The notes below the pieces were generated by a model, which was not told the origin of the DNA, did no database searches, and worked only from the letters and a program-made list of their open reading frames with translations. A stretch of 64,000 nt of DNA from the human T2T-CHM13v2.0 reference genome, Homo sapiens: the NCBI RefSeq assembly GCF_009914755.1, contig NC_060937.1; one strand, written 5' to 3'. Below, one piece after another: positions 1-15,287 of this stretch. Made by a program: the position numbers and the translations under genes. Every line of letters begins with the position of its first letter. Position 1 is the stretch's first letter.

Positions 1-1406
1 AAACAATAGCAAGCAGTAAGCATATTACGATTACAGTCTTCCACTCATTCACTGCTGCACATAAAATGCCAACTGTGAGTGTTATTCACTGGCCCCATTA
101 AGAGGTTTGACACTGAACACCACCTCTAGGATGATGTTTATAATCCTCATATGCTTCTCCATTGTCATGCTGTCATCTTTTCTCATTTGGATCGAAGTCC
201 ACCAGTTCTATCTGATCCATTTCATCAGTCTCTTCTACTTTCTTCCTCTAAGGTAGGAGTTTTTTCAGCAAGAGAGTTCATCAGCTGAGGGAAAGCCATT
301 CTCAGGAAAAGTTTACCTTCGATTAGATAATTTGGCAGCTCTTCATATGGGCTACATAAATTGGCATTCCTTCGCTTAGCACACCCAAGATATCTCCATG
401 CTGACAATCTGACCTGGATGAGAGGTGATGACTACAGTTCAGTCATTAAGAGTGGAAGCTACAAAATGCTTCAACCAGCTATATGTCCATACACATGAAA
501 AGCTCTCCTCCTCATTGAATAAAAACAGTGTGCTCCTTCTGATCTAACACAATAATAATATCTCCTAGCTCCAATCCTGGTTCTTTGGTCTGCTTCACCA
601 TGGAACGTTACCTTCTGGCCATCTTTCACGCCTTTGTCAATATGGACTTGTACAATCTTCTTTTTCTCTGTCTTCCTTCCATTGCAGCTTTTATATCTAT
701 CTTCAGGACTGATTTGTTCTCCATGGCCCTAGCACTCTATGCCCACGGATTAAATTTGCTAAACCATTCCAGGTCCTATCTGATTAATTCTTATTTGCAT
801 TCCAGTAACTATGCAATTGGGACAGCCCTCTACTATTCCTTTCTTACCACTTCTACCTTCACATTTGTCACAAATCACATTTTTTTTGTTTTATTTGCAG
901 AGCCAGTTTTCTTGCCACACCTTTATATAAATCTTCTAAGGTTATTGACAGCTGACACACATTTTTACCTTTCCTTTCCCTCTGCATACTTCCTCCTTCT
1001 CCTCCAAAAATCATTCAAAGATGTCCACAGGAGAGCCAGAAGCGCTACCTGCTCCACCCTCTTTAATTACCTGGCTTTCCTCCTTTGACATACAATTTGC
1101 TTTTCTTTGCATCAGAGAGAACTTGACAAGCTGGAGAAATCTGCCTAAATTTATCTCCTTCATTCAGGTTCTTACCAGAGTGGTACTTCAATGCCAGTTT
1201 CCTATAAACCTTTTTCTTATAATATTTTTGAGCAGCATTGAGTTTTACCCCCAAAGCATAACAGAAACTGGGTTCTCTCACCATTTTTTACTGGCAGTAA
1301 GTGGGCTGAGGCTGATGTGGAGGGTGTGCAAAGCAACGCACCTAGTAGCTGTGCTCAGATGCGGCAGCCACGACTCCACCTCTCGCCAAGTGTTCTGGAA
1401 AGTTCC
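1..1406 (-). pseudogene. Processed pseudogene of DNAJA1 (Hsp40/DnaJ A1). Former CDS 98-1284, 5'UTR remnant to ~1406, 3'UTR runs off the left edge
   Basis: Minus-strand translation starts [44 protein letters not shown] (DNAJA1: [44 protein letters not shown]), has zinc-finger remnant [22 protein letters not shown], and ends [23 protein letters not shown] (stop at 98-100). No introns, frameshifts/stops, HPD motif changed to HSG. Which numbered DNAJA1P locus it is cannot be told from sequence alone. Confidence 0.96.
1392..1406. promoter_or_regulatory. Heat-shock-element-like motif (nTTCnnGAAnnTTCn)
   Basis: gTTCtgGAAagTTCc: three alternating nGAAn pentamers at the 5' boundary of the DNAJA1 retrocopy. 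Motif match only. Confidence 0.45.
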
Positions 1407-1639
1407 CTCAAAATATTTTAAATATTGTCACATTTTTTGATCCATCTATCTAGCGTGTATTGAGTATTATTACTTATACGTTTATACTTAGATTGACACA
1501 TAAGCACAATCTGTCATTTCAAGAAATGTACATTTTAATGGAAAAAAACCACGTAACTATAAAATAACTGTAAAAACATAGATCCTTCCCTTTTTGTACA
1601 TAACATAAAATCCAAACTTCTTGGCATGGCATGAAAGGA

Positions 1640-2035
1640 CCTAGTGAAATTCTAGAAGTTATTAAACAGATGTTTTGGGAGCATTTGGAAGAGAAAGCAA
1701 TGATCGTTAGGAGCCAGCGTGGGCTCACAAAGAATAACTTCTTTTTTGATAGAGTTGCTAGACCGTCAAATTAGGTGAATTTTATAGACAAACTTTGTTG
1801 ATTTCAACAAGCCATGTTTGTCCTTAGTAAAGCTCTTTCACTGATATCCTTAAAAGAAAATGGGAAAATATTAATTGGAAGGCAAAATATTAGAATATTA
1901 ATTGATAATACATGATAATCAAAGGTCTTTGTTTGTTACCAAGTTCTTCCCACCTGATCTTATTGAAATTTTTAACAAGTCTTTGAAGTCATAAAAGGAA
2001 AGCTAAAACAATTTTAAGTAAAATGAAACTGATGA
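1640..2035 (+). mobile_element. CR1/L3 LINE reverse-transcriptase fragment
   Basis: From 1640 reads PSEILEVIKQMFWEHLEEKAMIVRSQRGLTKNNFFFDRVAR then ..DFNK, resembling CR1 ORF2 PGKILEQIIKQ..CEHLE...ITRSQHGFTKNKSCQTNLISFFDRVT..DFSKAFD. Right boundary approximate. Confidence 0.75.
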
Positions 2036-2576
2036 AAATTATTTTATCTTGCTTTTTCCAGCTCATATCTGTGGTAGTATAATCATTACTAGACAACATT
2101 ATTTAAAAGGACATCTGCCTCAGTGAGGCTTGTGGCAACTCCACCAAGTGCTAAGAAACACTGAAGACAAATAATCTGAAGACAAAATGACAGATAGAAA
2201 ACACTAAAAATTCTTTTCAAATATTTGAATAATGTGGAAAGGCATAAAATGCAGAAAATGAAATGCAAATCATTTTAAAATAAATATACAAGTAAGCATT
2301 TTAATATTATGAGCATTTTTATAGATATATAAACATAAATAAAACACAATTTTTGAAACTTAGTTATTATTTCATAATGATATTTTTGACCCTTATAGTA
2401 TGCAACCATTTTTTTCCATGTAACTATATATATTTTTAAGAATATGCTTTTGACCAGAGAGGTTTGGAGCATGAGAATAGTGTGATCCAAACTGTTCATT
2501 ATTAATATTAAACCAGGAGAATTCTGTGGAATGGAACTGATTGTAGAGAAATTGGTGTCAGGTGGACCAGTTGTAA

Positions 2577-2773
2577 CTGTGCCATCCAAAATGGTAGACA
2601 ATAGTTGCATGTGACTATTGAGAACTTGAAATGTGGCTAGCATGAGTAAAGAACAAATTTTTAATTTTGTTTAATTTAATTTAAATATCTACATGTGGTT
2701 AGTGGTTAGAATATTGGACAATAGAACTCTAGAACATCTTCATCAACACAGAAAATTCTACTGGACAGTGCTG
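2577..2773 (-). mobile_element. MER3 (hAT-Charlie non-autonomous DNA transposon)
   Basis: catgtgactattgagaacttgaaatgtggctag...acatgtggttagtgg...agaaaattctactggacagtgctg matches the recalled MER3 consensus. Confidence 0.8.
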
Positions 2774-3774
2774 GCTTGATACACATAAGATATACATGGA
2801 AAACAATGATGGGTTAGTGATAGAAAAGAAAGGGACAATTCATATATTAAAAAGAAATATTTAAATGGCTTACTGATGGGCCTTTATATTGATTCAAAAT
2901 TGGGGTTTTAGTGAGCCGAAGAGTCCCCATCTAGAGTGCTGAACTAATAATGCTTGTGAAGAATATCTTTACAATATGCACTTTTAAATTACTTACTAAA
3001 AGTTAAGATTAAAAAAGCATTTCAGATATACAGTAGCAACAGGTAAATTTAGGCCTGTAATTGTAAAATTATTTAATATTTGGTCAATGTTTATTGCATT
3101 TGGGCTACTATAGAAGCACTTAATATATTGTTTTATTTAATTTTCACTTGCAATTCTATGCTACTGTATTATTTCAGTGCACAATATTATTGTTGTTTCG
3201 ATTTCAAATACGTAGAAACAAAGAAAAAGTTAAGTATCATATGGAAATATGTAGAAACAATGAAAATGTTAAATGTCGTGTGGAAAATTTTGAAAGTAGA
3301 TAACAACAAAGCAGGGATTTCAACTCTCATCTCTTTGACACTAGCATCCAAATTTGTAATTGCTAATCTCTTCTTCACGGTCCATAGGGTGCTGCTTGAA
3401 TAGTCTGATCTAAAACACTCTTTTTTAGGCAAAGGCTAGTGTGATGAGCAGCCACCCAAAGATATGTGATGTGATCAGTTGATATAGACATTTCAAATGC
3501 TCAATAAACCTAAACTGATTAATTTTTCTCAACATATAGTGTAAGAACTTACTTGCATTTTCATTATAAATATTCAGCATAAATCTATTGAAGCAAATAT
3601 ATGTAATTAATATAAACTATACATTAAGACATATAATATTAGTGTAATACTAATTACTTTAAAATAAAAATGAGTATTTTAAGTCACATTGTAACAACTT
3701 TATTTTTGTAAGTTCTGAGAACTCTAAACTTTGTGCATCAATAAAGGTTTCATCATGAATATACTATTTAAATT

Positions 3775-7060
<3,286 letters not shown>

Positions 7061-7069
7061 TTATGTAAC

Positions 7070-7380
7070 TTTTTTTTTTTTTTTGAGACAGAGTCTACTC
7101 TGTTGCCCAGGCTGGAGTGCAGTGGTGTGATCTCGGCTCACTGCAACCTCCACCTCCCCGGGTTCAAGCAATTCTGCTGCCTCAGCCTCCTGAGTAGATA
7201 CTGTAATCCCAGATGGGATTACAGGCGTGCGCCACCATGCCCGGCTAATATTTGTCTTTTTAGTAGAGATGGGGTTTCACCATGTTAGTCAGGCTGGTCT
7301 GGAACTCCTGAACTTGTGATCCACCCACCTCGGCCTCCCAAAGTGCTGGGATTACAGGTGTGAGTCACCGCACCCGGCTG
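7070..7380 (-). mobile_element. AluS carrying a palindromic insertion
   Basis: Dimeric antisense Alu with ~15 extra nt near 7197-7213. Confidence 0.93.
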
Positions 7381-9039
7381 AAATCTCTTATATTTTTAAC
7401 TTTGTTTTCTCATATACGTTTTTGCCCCAGTCATTTAAACTTATCACCATCTTTAATCCAACTCCAGAGTGTCCCACACATGTTAATGGATACTTTGAAT
7501 TAATAATTTATTATACACTTTCCTTGTAAAAAGGCTAATACATGTTTCAATTACATCAAAAAGAAATTATTAAGGATAAAAATTTTTTTGAAGGGTGACA
7601 TCTTTAATGAAATAAATAGGCTTCTTTGTCCTTATTTGCTCTTAACTATTGCATAGAACATACTCTGTAGGATTTGCATCTTTCAGAAAGTCTGTTTCAT
7701 ATGGATCTAATCATTAAAACATACATTTGGTTGGCAGAAACTTCTACTATTTATAGATAAACCCAGAATATAAAAAGCAATTCAGGTTCAGAAAAAAAGA
7801 GGTGAATCAGATGTTTGTTGATGTTATCAAAGATAGTAGTGATACTCTTCTATCCAATATCCACAGAAAAGGAGCTCCCTTTTTCCTATCAGAAATAAAG
7901 CTATAGACTATGCAGAGAAAAGAGCATTATAAAATTTGCTAGAATAAAAAGGGGACCAGGGGTTTTAAGATTCCGTTGGAAATGATACTTGGAACTGGTA
8001 AGAAGAACACTAGATAGGCAGGTTCTTAAAGTAGGGGGAGGTATTATTAAAATAATACCTAAAATAATTAAAAGAGAGGGGATAAGAACTTATTAACGTG
8101 AGGGCACACTCATGTGGGTCTCATTCTGTAGACCTATGTCCTTGCCACCTCCAGGTAAACTCAAACAAGGTAAAGCAAAGCCTAATTTATTGACTTGCCT
8201 TCCCTCAGCATCACATAATTTTGGTACAATTCCAGCATGCTTAGAGAAATAAATATTGAAAATTGTACTTCTGTTTACTAGTGAAAATTAAAATTATTTT
8301 TCCAAACTTAGGAAACAGGCAAGAGTATACAACTTGGTGATTTTTAATATGTTTAGGAATTTTCTGATAGTCACTTGGGGGAAAAATAGGAAGAAAGAAA
8401 TTTGTAGCTGGAATCTCTTAATTAGCCTTATCTGACATTGTTAGAGAATGGAATTTTCTTGCTCACTATATGTGATCAACAGCCACAGATGCATTGTTTA
8501 TTATATGGAGTCCACTATATCTTACTAAGAGCCACACGTTCATTGTTTATGATTTCTGATTAATGGTTCACGCATGGCATCCTCAGGCACTGGCTTGAAA
8601 TTGTCATGACCTAGGTTAAGCCATATAACAAAAAAGGTAGGATAGTTTTCTATCCCAAAATATAAATCAGTAGTCTGGATTTCATGATCTTATGCAGACA
8701 ACTTATTTCATGGGTTCTAAAATGATTTTCCTACACTCTGTCGAAACATTTCACACTTTAGTCTTCTTGCTGGTTCCTTTGTTAGCAAAACTTTCACACA
8801 TGCTTAAGATAAAATTGTCTAAGACATTTGGTTTAATAATGGGTATTGTGCATGGTAGTTTGCAGAACAACTCCTGGATAGTTCTCTAGGGGTCATAGGA
8901 AAGGGCATTGGCTGTAACTTCAGTAAACATATTTTGATCGCAAAGAATAACCTTCTCCACACTGACCACCTAGTAACGCCATTCCATCGAGCAACATAAA
9001 CAAAAGCCTTGTCCACTTCTGTATATATACTCAACAGGA

Positions 9040-9195
9040 ATAGTGTTCCCAGATCAAATCTAAGGTGCCCAGTTAAATTTGAATTTCAAATGCATTTTTA
9101 AGTATATTAGGTGCAAGGGGGCATACTTATATTTTAAAAGTATTTATTGATTATCTGAAATTCAAACTTAGCATGCATGCACTGTGACAATACTA
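9040..9195. mobile_element. MER53-like palindromic hAT MITE
   Basis: gcccagttaaatttgaatttca...catacttata...ttatctgaaattcaaactta internal inverted structure typical of MER53. Confidence 0.7.
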
Positions 9196-9579
9196 GTTGT
9201 ACAGACAGAGAAGGAAGTAGCCTAGATGCAGGTTATATTACTTGCTCAGCAATCTTTTCAGAATGGAAGTTCTTTAAGAGATGTATTTAGTTGAAAAGTA
9301 GGGATAGGTGGAGCTAAAGATATTAGAACAGAAAGAGAGGCACCGTAAGGGTAGAAAGCAGTTTGTAGGGGTTAGAATTGGTGACTTCCTTCCTGGGGAG
9401 AGTCAATTCTTACAGAAATTTAAATAGCATATTCAAGCATGGGCTCTGCTGCATTGGTGGTCCACATATTGTCAGAAACAAACAAACACATGATAATCTG
9501 CCTATGTTCAACTATATACTAACTGCTACAAATGGAGACACTTAAATAATTTCACATGGAAATGATGAATTTAAATCAA

Positions 9580-9790
9580 ACTAGACTTGATTCAAATTGC
9601 AAATATTTTCTTCGATTAGCTGGGAAAAATAGACTATATTATCTAAACTCGCCAAACCTCAATTTCTCATTTTAAATCAGGGAAGCAATATTTCTTATCT
9701 AAGGGCTGTGAGGAGTTTTCCTATAAGTAATATACTCACATTAGTGCCTGAGCTAATAAATTAAATACTCAATGCAATTTACCTAGTATT
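9580..9790 (+). mobile_element. MIR fragment
   Basis: cctcaatttctcattttaaatcaggg...agggctgtgagga core similarity. Confidence 0.55.
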
Positions 9791-10720
9791 ACTAAGTAGA
9801 TGTAGCTATAAAATATAAATAAAATGATATTGTGGCAATATTTTTTATCTAAATAAATATTTCCAGCGAAACAAGACTTCACCTTAATTTACCACAGTAT
9901 CCTTTACTCCTAGGGCAGTGATTTGGGGCAGAGTAAATATTCAAAACCTATTTGTTGAAGAAATGCATGTACTCAGATAATTCAATTTAAGCATCCGGCT
10001 TTCGTCTTGTGAAAACAACTTAGAACCATGTTCTATCATCTTGCTTCAGAAGATCTTTGCCTTTGGGCCTAGAAAAATTGTTTGTATAAAAATGTAGTTT
10101 AATTTGTATACCTTCTTTAGAGATTTCCACTTCAGCTGGTCTGATTAAACTTCAATTGTTTAATCCACAATAGAAGTTGCAAAAACTCGTCTCTCGTTAT
10201 GTGTCAATATATTATGTGGAAAAAAAAATTCTATTTTTAACTTATTTTCCCTTATGGAATTTTGTAGCTACCTTATTCACAAACTATTGTGAACATAAAA
10301 TGATAACTTTTCATTTTCAGATCAACAAAGAAATTATGAAAAGAGAATTTTTGCTATGATTATATAGTAAATTATAACCAAATTATTGCTAAAATCATTG
10401 TTTTAATAGCATAATTATAATTTGCATTACTCATAATAAAAAAAGAAAATATTCATAAAATAAAATTATTTTTTGCCTCCTAATTTCCACATTTAATTTG
10501 TTCTTGCCAGCATTTATGTATATGTTGACCATAACTCAGTAGCTAAAAAAGGTAAAAGAACTTTCTCTTTCACACCAACAGAAAGAGACTTCTAAATTAA
10601 AGCTACTTTTTATTTTCAGTCTTTTCACAATAGGAAATGATGATCTATTATTTCATTGGATTTGGGCTTTTGACAACAAAAGTAAAAAGAGATCTGGTAA
10701 TTCAGAGAATTAAACTGTGT

Positions 10721-10774
10721 TTAATTCTGTACCAAAGATTAAATTCTGTACCAAGATTAAATTCTGTACCAAAA
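10721..10774. repeat. 18-bp tandem repeat x3
   Basis: ttaattctgtaccaaaga / ttaaattctgtaccaaga / ttaaattctgtaccaaaa. Confidence 0.9.
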
Positions 10775-11186
10775 AGAAAAAAAAGAAACAGCTAGAGAGA
10801 AATTCATATTGATATGAGACAAATGTTTTGATGAAGGCTTAGAAAAAAAAGAATAGACAGTAATCAAACTAAGTATCATTCATGCACTACACACAGTGCA
10901 ACCAAAAACAGATGTGAAGGGCTGATGTGACAGTAATACTAGATAATAAAGCTATTCAATGCCAGCTCACATTTACCTGATTATTACTGGTTCTTTGATT
11001 GAATTATATGTAAGAAAAGTATGTTGGTAAAGTACTAAATGTGTTTCAATTATTGAATTTGCCATCAATCCATCACCAAAAATAACCAACTCTCATCATT
11101 TAAGTCACCTATAAAGGTGCTGAGTCAGAAGGGCACACTGTAAAGCAAAATAAATCTACAAGTAACAAAAGCTATATTATTGAAAA

Positions 11187-11417
11187 ATAATAATAATCAC
11201 AACAATAGCTGAGCACTTTTTAAATGACTGGTCTTATGCCAAATGCTTTCTTTTCATTTTCTTTGTTACTCTTCTCAGAAGCCTTGAGCTAAGTGTTATT
11301 GTCATTTATGTTTTTATAGATAAGGAAACTAGCTTAAAGAAGTTAAATAAATTACGAAATCTCACAGGAGCAAAAAGTAGAAGAGGCAAGATCTATATAT
11401 AGGTTTTCTGACTTCCA
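11187..11417 (-). mobile_element. MIR fragment
   Basis: ttttatagataaggaaactagcttaaagaagttaaataa...tctgacttcca core. Confidence 0.6.
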
Positions 11418-11899
11418 CACAGCTGCACTATAGGCTCTGCTAGCTGGTCAGTACGTGATCATAACCTCACTCAATGTTCTCATCAGTGGAATGGGGTAAA
11501 TGGTGATGCCCAGGTCTGGGAATTATTGTAGTAACAAATGAGAAGATATCAGAAGCCTGTGAAAATTGTGATGTCTAATACCATTACATATATTTTTACT
11601 ATTAGCAAACAGCAAGTTAAGGCAATGGGTTTGTTGAAAAAAAATATGATAAGGCTTAGGCTTTATGATGCTTATAGTTGACAATTTCATAGATAATTAA
11701 AATAGATAATAGTATGAAAGCTTTAAAAGAGTTTATAGGAAGGAGAGATTTGATATGAAAGACAGCGGTCAGGAAGAAAAAGAGAAGGCTCAAATACCAG
11801 GTAAGAAAACTTGTATGGGACAATTTAGGACAGTGTTCCAGGGCTAAGTAGAAGTAGTCAAGAGAATTTATGTAATTCAGTGGCTAAGTGCAATATATG

Positions 11900-12860
11900 A
11901 CAGCTTCTAATTCCCTATAGCTTTACTAATATGGTTTAGTTTTCACCAATATAACAGGTGAAAAGTAATACATAAAATATATTTCTGTAGTTGTATTAAC
12001 TTTTTTAGTGATTTTGCACATCTCTTATAGGATTACATTTTGTAATTAATTTTCTGTAAAGATGTCTGCCCATATCTTTGTTCCTTTTTGCTATTGGTTT
12101 GTCAGGTATTTCTTCTGCGTTAGTGCGAGAGGCTTTTTAGGTGTTAAGATATTACTCCTTTGTGATATGATTGCAAATGTTTTTCTAATTCATATTTGTC
12201 TTTTGGCTATGCTTACATTGATTTTGCTGTGGAATATAGACACACACACACGCACACACACACATATATAATATATATTTTATTTATTCTGAATTTTGTG
12301 CCATGAAGAGAAAAAAGACCTCCATTCTGATATTTAAAAAAATACATATATTGTTTTATGGCTTCTAGGATTTTTGTGGTTTTATTTTTACATTTAAATA
12401 TTTGACCCAAATGGAATTCTCCCTGGAGTAATAGTATCAAATAGGATTTAAGTTAATTTATTTTCCATGGGTCTACACAATTGTAGAAATAGCACTTATT
12501 ATGAAAATCATACTTTGTCTTTCACTAAACTCCTGCACGTATTTGGGTATATTTGTAGGTTTTCTCATCTTTTACAGTGATCTGTTAATTTATGCATTAA
12601 CATCACAGGGTTTTAAAAAGTGTTATAACTTTATAATATGTGTTATAAGTTAGTAGTGCTAGTCTTTCAACGTTATGCTTTATTTTCAGAATTTTTATGG
12701 ATACTTTTACTTGCTACTTAACCACAAGAACTTTAGATTTCAATTTTGAGATGCCAAAATCTCTTCTTTTTATTTGGGAATTCCCTTAAATTTGCTAATC
12801 ATCTTAGAAAGAGTTTCAGCTTTTTAATTTTGAGCCTTCTGCTTTTCAAATAGCATGTAA
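11900..12860 (-). mobile_element. Highly diverged L1M(E) ORF2 3' fragment with (CA)n(TA)n at 12241-12272
   Basis: gttcctttttgctattggtttgtc...tgatatgattgcaaatgtttttct...tttacatttaaatatttgaccc, typical of antisense old L1. Boundaries approximate. Confidence 0.6.
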
Positions 12861-14910
12861 AATATGCAAATAGCATACCTAAGTTCTCTGGATATTTTCT
12901 CCCTCAATATCTGCATTCGAGACATAGTAAAATAAACTTGATCACCTAGCCTGATCATGGAGGCCCTGAGGTTTACCTTGATTGTGTCACTCTCAGTACC
13001 TGTATAACAAAAAGTCACTTTATTCATATTAACAGTCTGTTGGGCTCAACATGCAAGAACGAGATCAGCCTACAGTACAGACTGGGATGTACCCTCAGAT
13101 CCCTGAGCTGGAAGGAGAAGGGGCAAGAGAGGATTGGGGTCCAGAGCCAAAGAGGACTGAGGGAGACAAAGGCTGAGACAAAATGACCCATTATCAGAAG
13201 CCTTACGTAAAGCCAAGAAACAAGCCAGACTAAATCCCCAGCAACTGCATTGAAGCCAGCAGAAGAAGTGCAATCAGGTGGCTTGGCAGGAGCAGCATCC
13301 ACTTTTTCTTGGGCATTCTTTTCACAGTGTAGTTAAATGTACAGCAGCATATCCTAGTCCAATTGTATTACTTATTTATTTTCTATCTGCCATACTCTAG
13401 AATATAAATATAGTAATGAAGGAATTTTTTAGTTTAACTGCCTTAAATCTTCAGCAAACAGAACCCTACTGAGCACTTAGTGCATACTCCAAAAATATTT
13501 TCGAAAGAAAACTTAACAAATACATACTGAATAGATAAATGCGTAACAATTGCAGGAATAAAGGGAGTAATGTTCTGCTAAAAGTGTTATCTCTGATTAT
13601 TGCATTTCATTAGTTTATTAGTGAGATGGACCATGAGAAAACAGAAGAGGAAAGCCCAAAAGGGCAGAGGTGTGGGCAGAGAAGTGTGTAAAAGTTGAAG
13701 CCAAACATGCAATTATTCTTTTCATTGAATTTCATTATGTTTAACTATGTGGTCTACGTAAAGCCAAAATTATTACTTGAGTAATTTTTTTTCTAATTTT
13801 TAAAGTTGTCTATATGTCCCTGACCATGGTATTTACCTGACAGAAAATTTTACTCCAATTTTACTGGGAGTTTTATGACCACTTAAGACCTTGACCTTTC
13901 ACCATCCCTCCAAAATGGGAATTAGAGTCAGCATTGACTTTGCTTGTTATCATTGAAAAAACTATGCCCCAGATAAAACTTTGCTTTCAGTGGCTAATGC
14001 AAGTTTCTTATTCATGTGTTCATTATGAGTGAACTTGACCATTGCAATAGTTTCCATAATCGCTTCCCTACCGTTAGAACAATTTTTGATGATATCACCC
14101 TCATGCTTCACTTGCTTAATTAGACCTTAGTGCATCAATGAGTCTTTTTAACTTTCTTCTGCAGAGGCTCTTCTTGCCCAGGGCTAACCTTTGTCTCTAA
14201 GTTTTATGCTGTTCTTTTTAGCCAAGGCTTTTTATATTTGAGTACAGTTGCTTTCTAGACAATGTAAGATTTATTGATAACAAAATGTATCTTTACCCAT
14301 TTATTTAATACTGTCTGAGTGGGGAAGGGATTTGATGTTTATTGAATAACTACTATGTATAAGGTTGTGTGTCATGCATGTCACATTCATGGTTTTACTT
14401 AAAATTAAGATATTATTTTTCTTATAGTAAACTAATAGATAATTGTTCACTGTAAAAATTTCAGGGATGCAAAAATTTACAATACAGAAAACAAAGTTAA
14501 CTAAACTTCTATCCCAGCCCAGATTTAGCCATTTTTAATATTTTGAGGTATGATGAGGTAGAAAAATATAGTTTTTCTATAGGTATATTTAACACATATA
14601 TACAGTTGTGTTCTTATCATCTCATTTAAAGATGTCTACCATATTTTGAGGATTTTCACATTTTATTAAAATATTTTTGAAACATCCTATGTAATGACAA
14701 ATTCTATTGCAAAATATTTGTGCTCTTTCTAATGGGCAATTGAAATTGCAACTGATGGATTCAAAAGCATGAGTTCAAACAGAGAACAAAAAATTGGGGG
14801 GATACAATCTAACATGGGCAATATTCTCAGGGTATGGTGCTCATATGTTATGTTTAGTTTACTTTAAAAGTGATTTTAAAAGTATGATTTCTTATGCTGT
14901 ATGAGAATTT

Positions 14911-15287
14911 TGCAATGGTCTGGCTCTGTGTCCCCACCCAAATCTCATCTTGAATTGTAATCCAAATTGTAACCCCCATGTGTTGACGGGGGGACCATGT
15001 GGGAGGTGATTGGATCATGGGGGCAGTCCCCTCATGCTGTTCTCGTGATAGTGAGTGAGTTCTCATGAGATCTGGAGGTTTTACAAGGGGCTTTCCCCAC
15101 TTCACTCTGCATCTTTTTTTCTTGCCACCATGTGAAGAAGAATGTGTTTGTTTCCCCTTTTGCCAGGACTGTAAGTTTCCTGAGGCCTCCCAAGCCATGT
15201 AGAACTGTGAATCAACTAAACCTCTTACCTTTATATATTACCCAGTCTCAGGTATGTCCTTATAGAAGCAAGAGAACAGACGAATAC
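14911..15287 (+). mobile_element. THE1 (THE1C/D-like) MaLR solo LTR
   Basis: tggctctgtgtccccacccaaatctcatcttgaattgtaa...gtaagtttcctgaggcctcccaagccatg...cccagtctcaggtatgtc. Confidence 0.9.

Noticed and set aside
585-1440. 167-aa and 139-aa plus-strand ORFs
   Set aside because: Antisense shadows of the DNAJA1 pseudogene; no recognisable protein.
8819-9034. 71-aa minus-strand ORF in unique sequence
   Set aside because: Non-ATG start, no convincing splice sites, no recognisable homology.
10721-10774. Direct repeats as a CRISPR-like array
   Set aside because: No spacers, eukaryotic context; simple tandem repeat.
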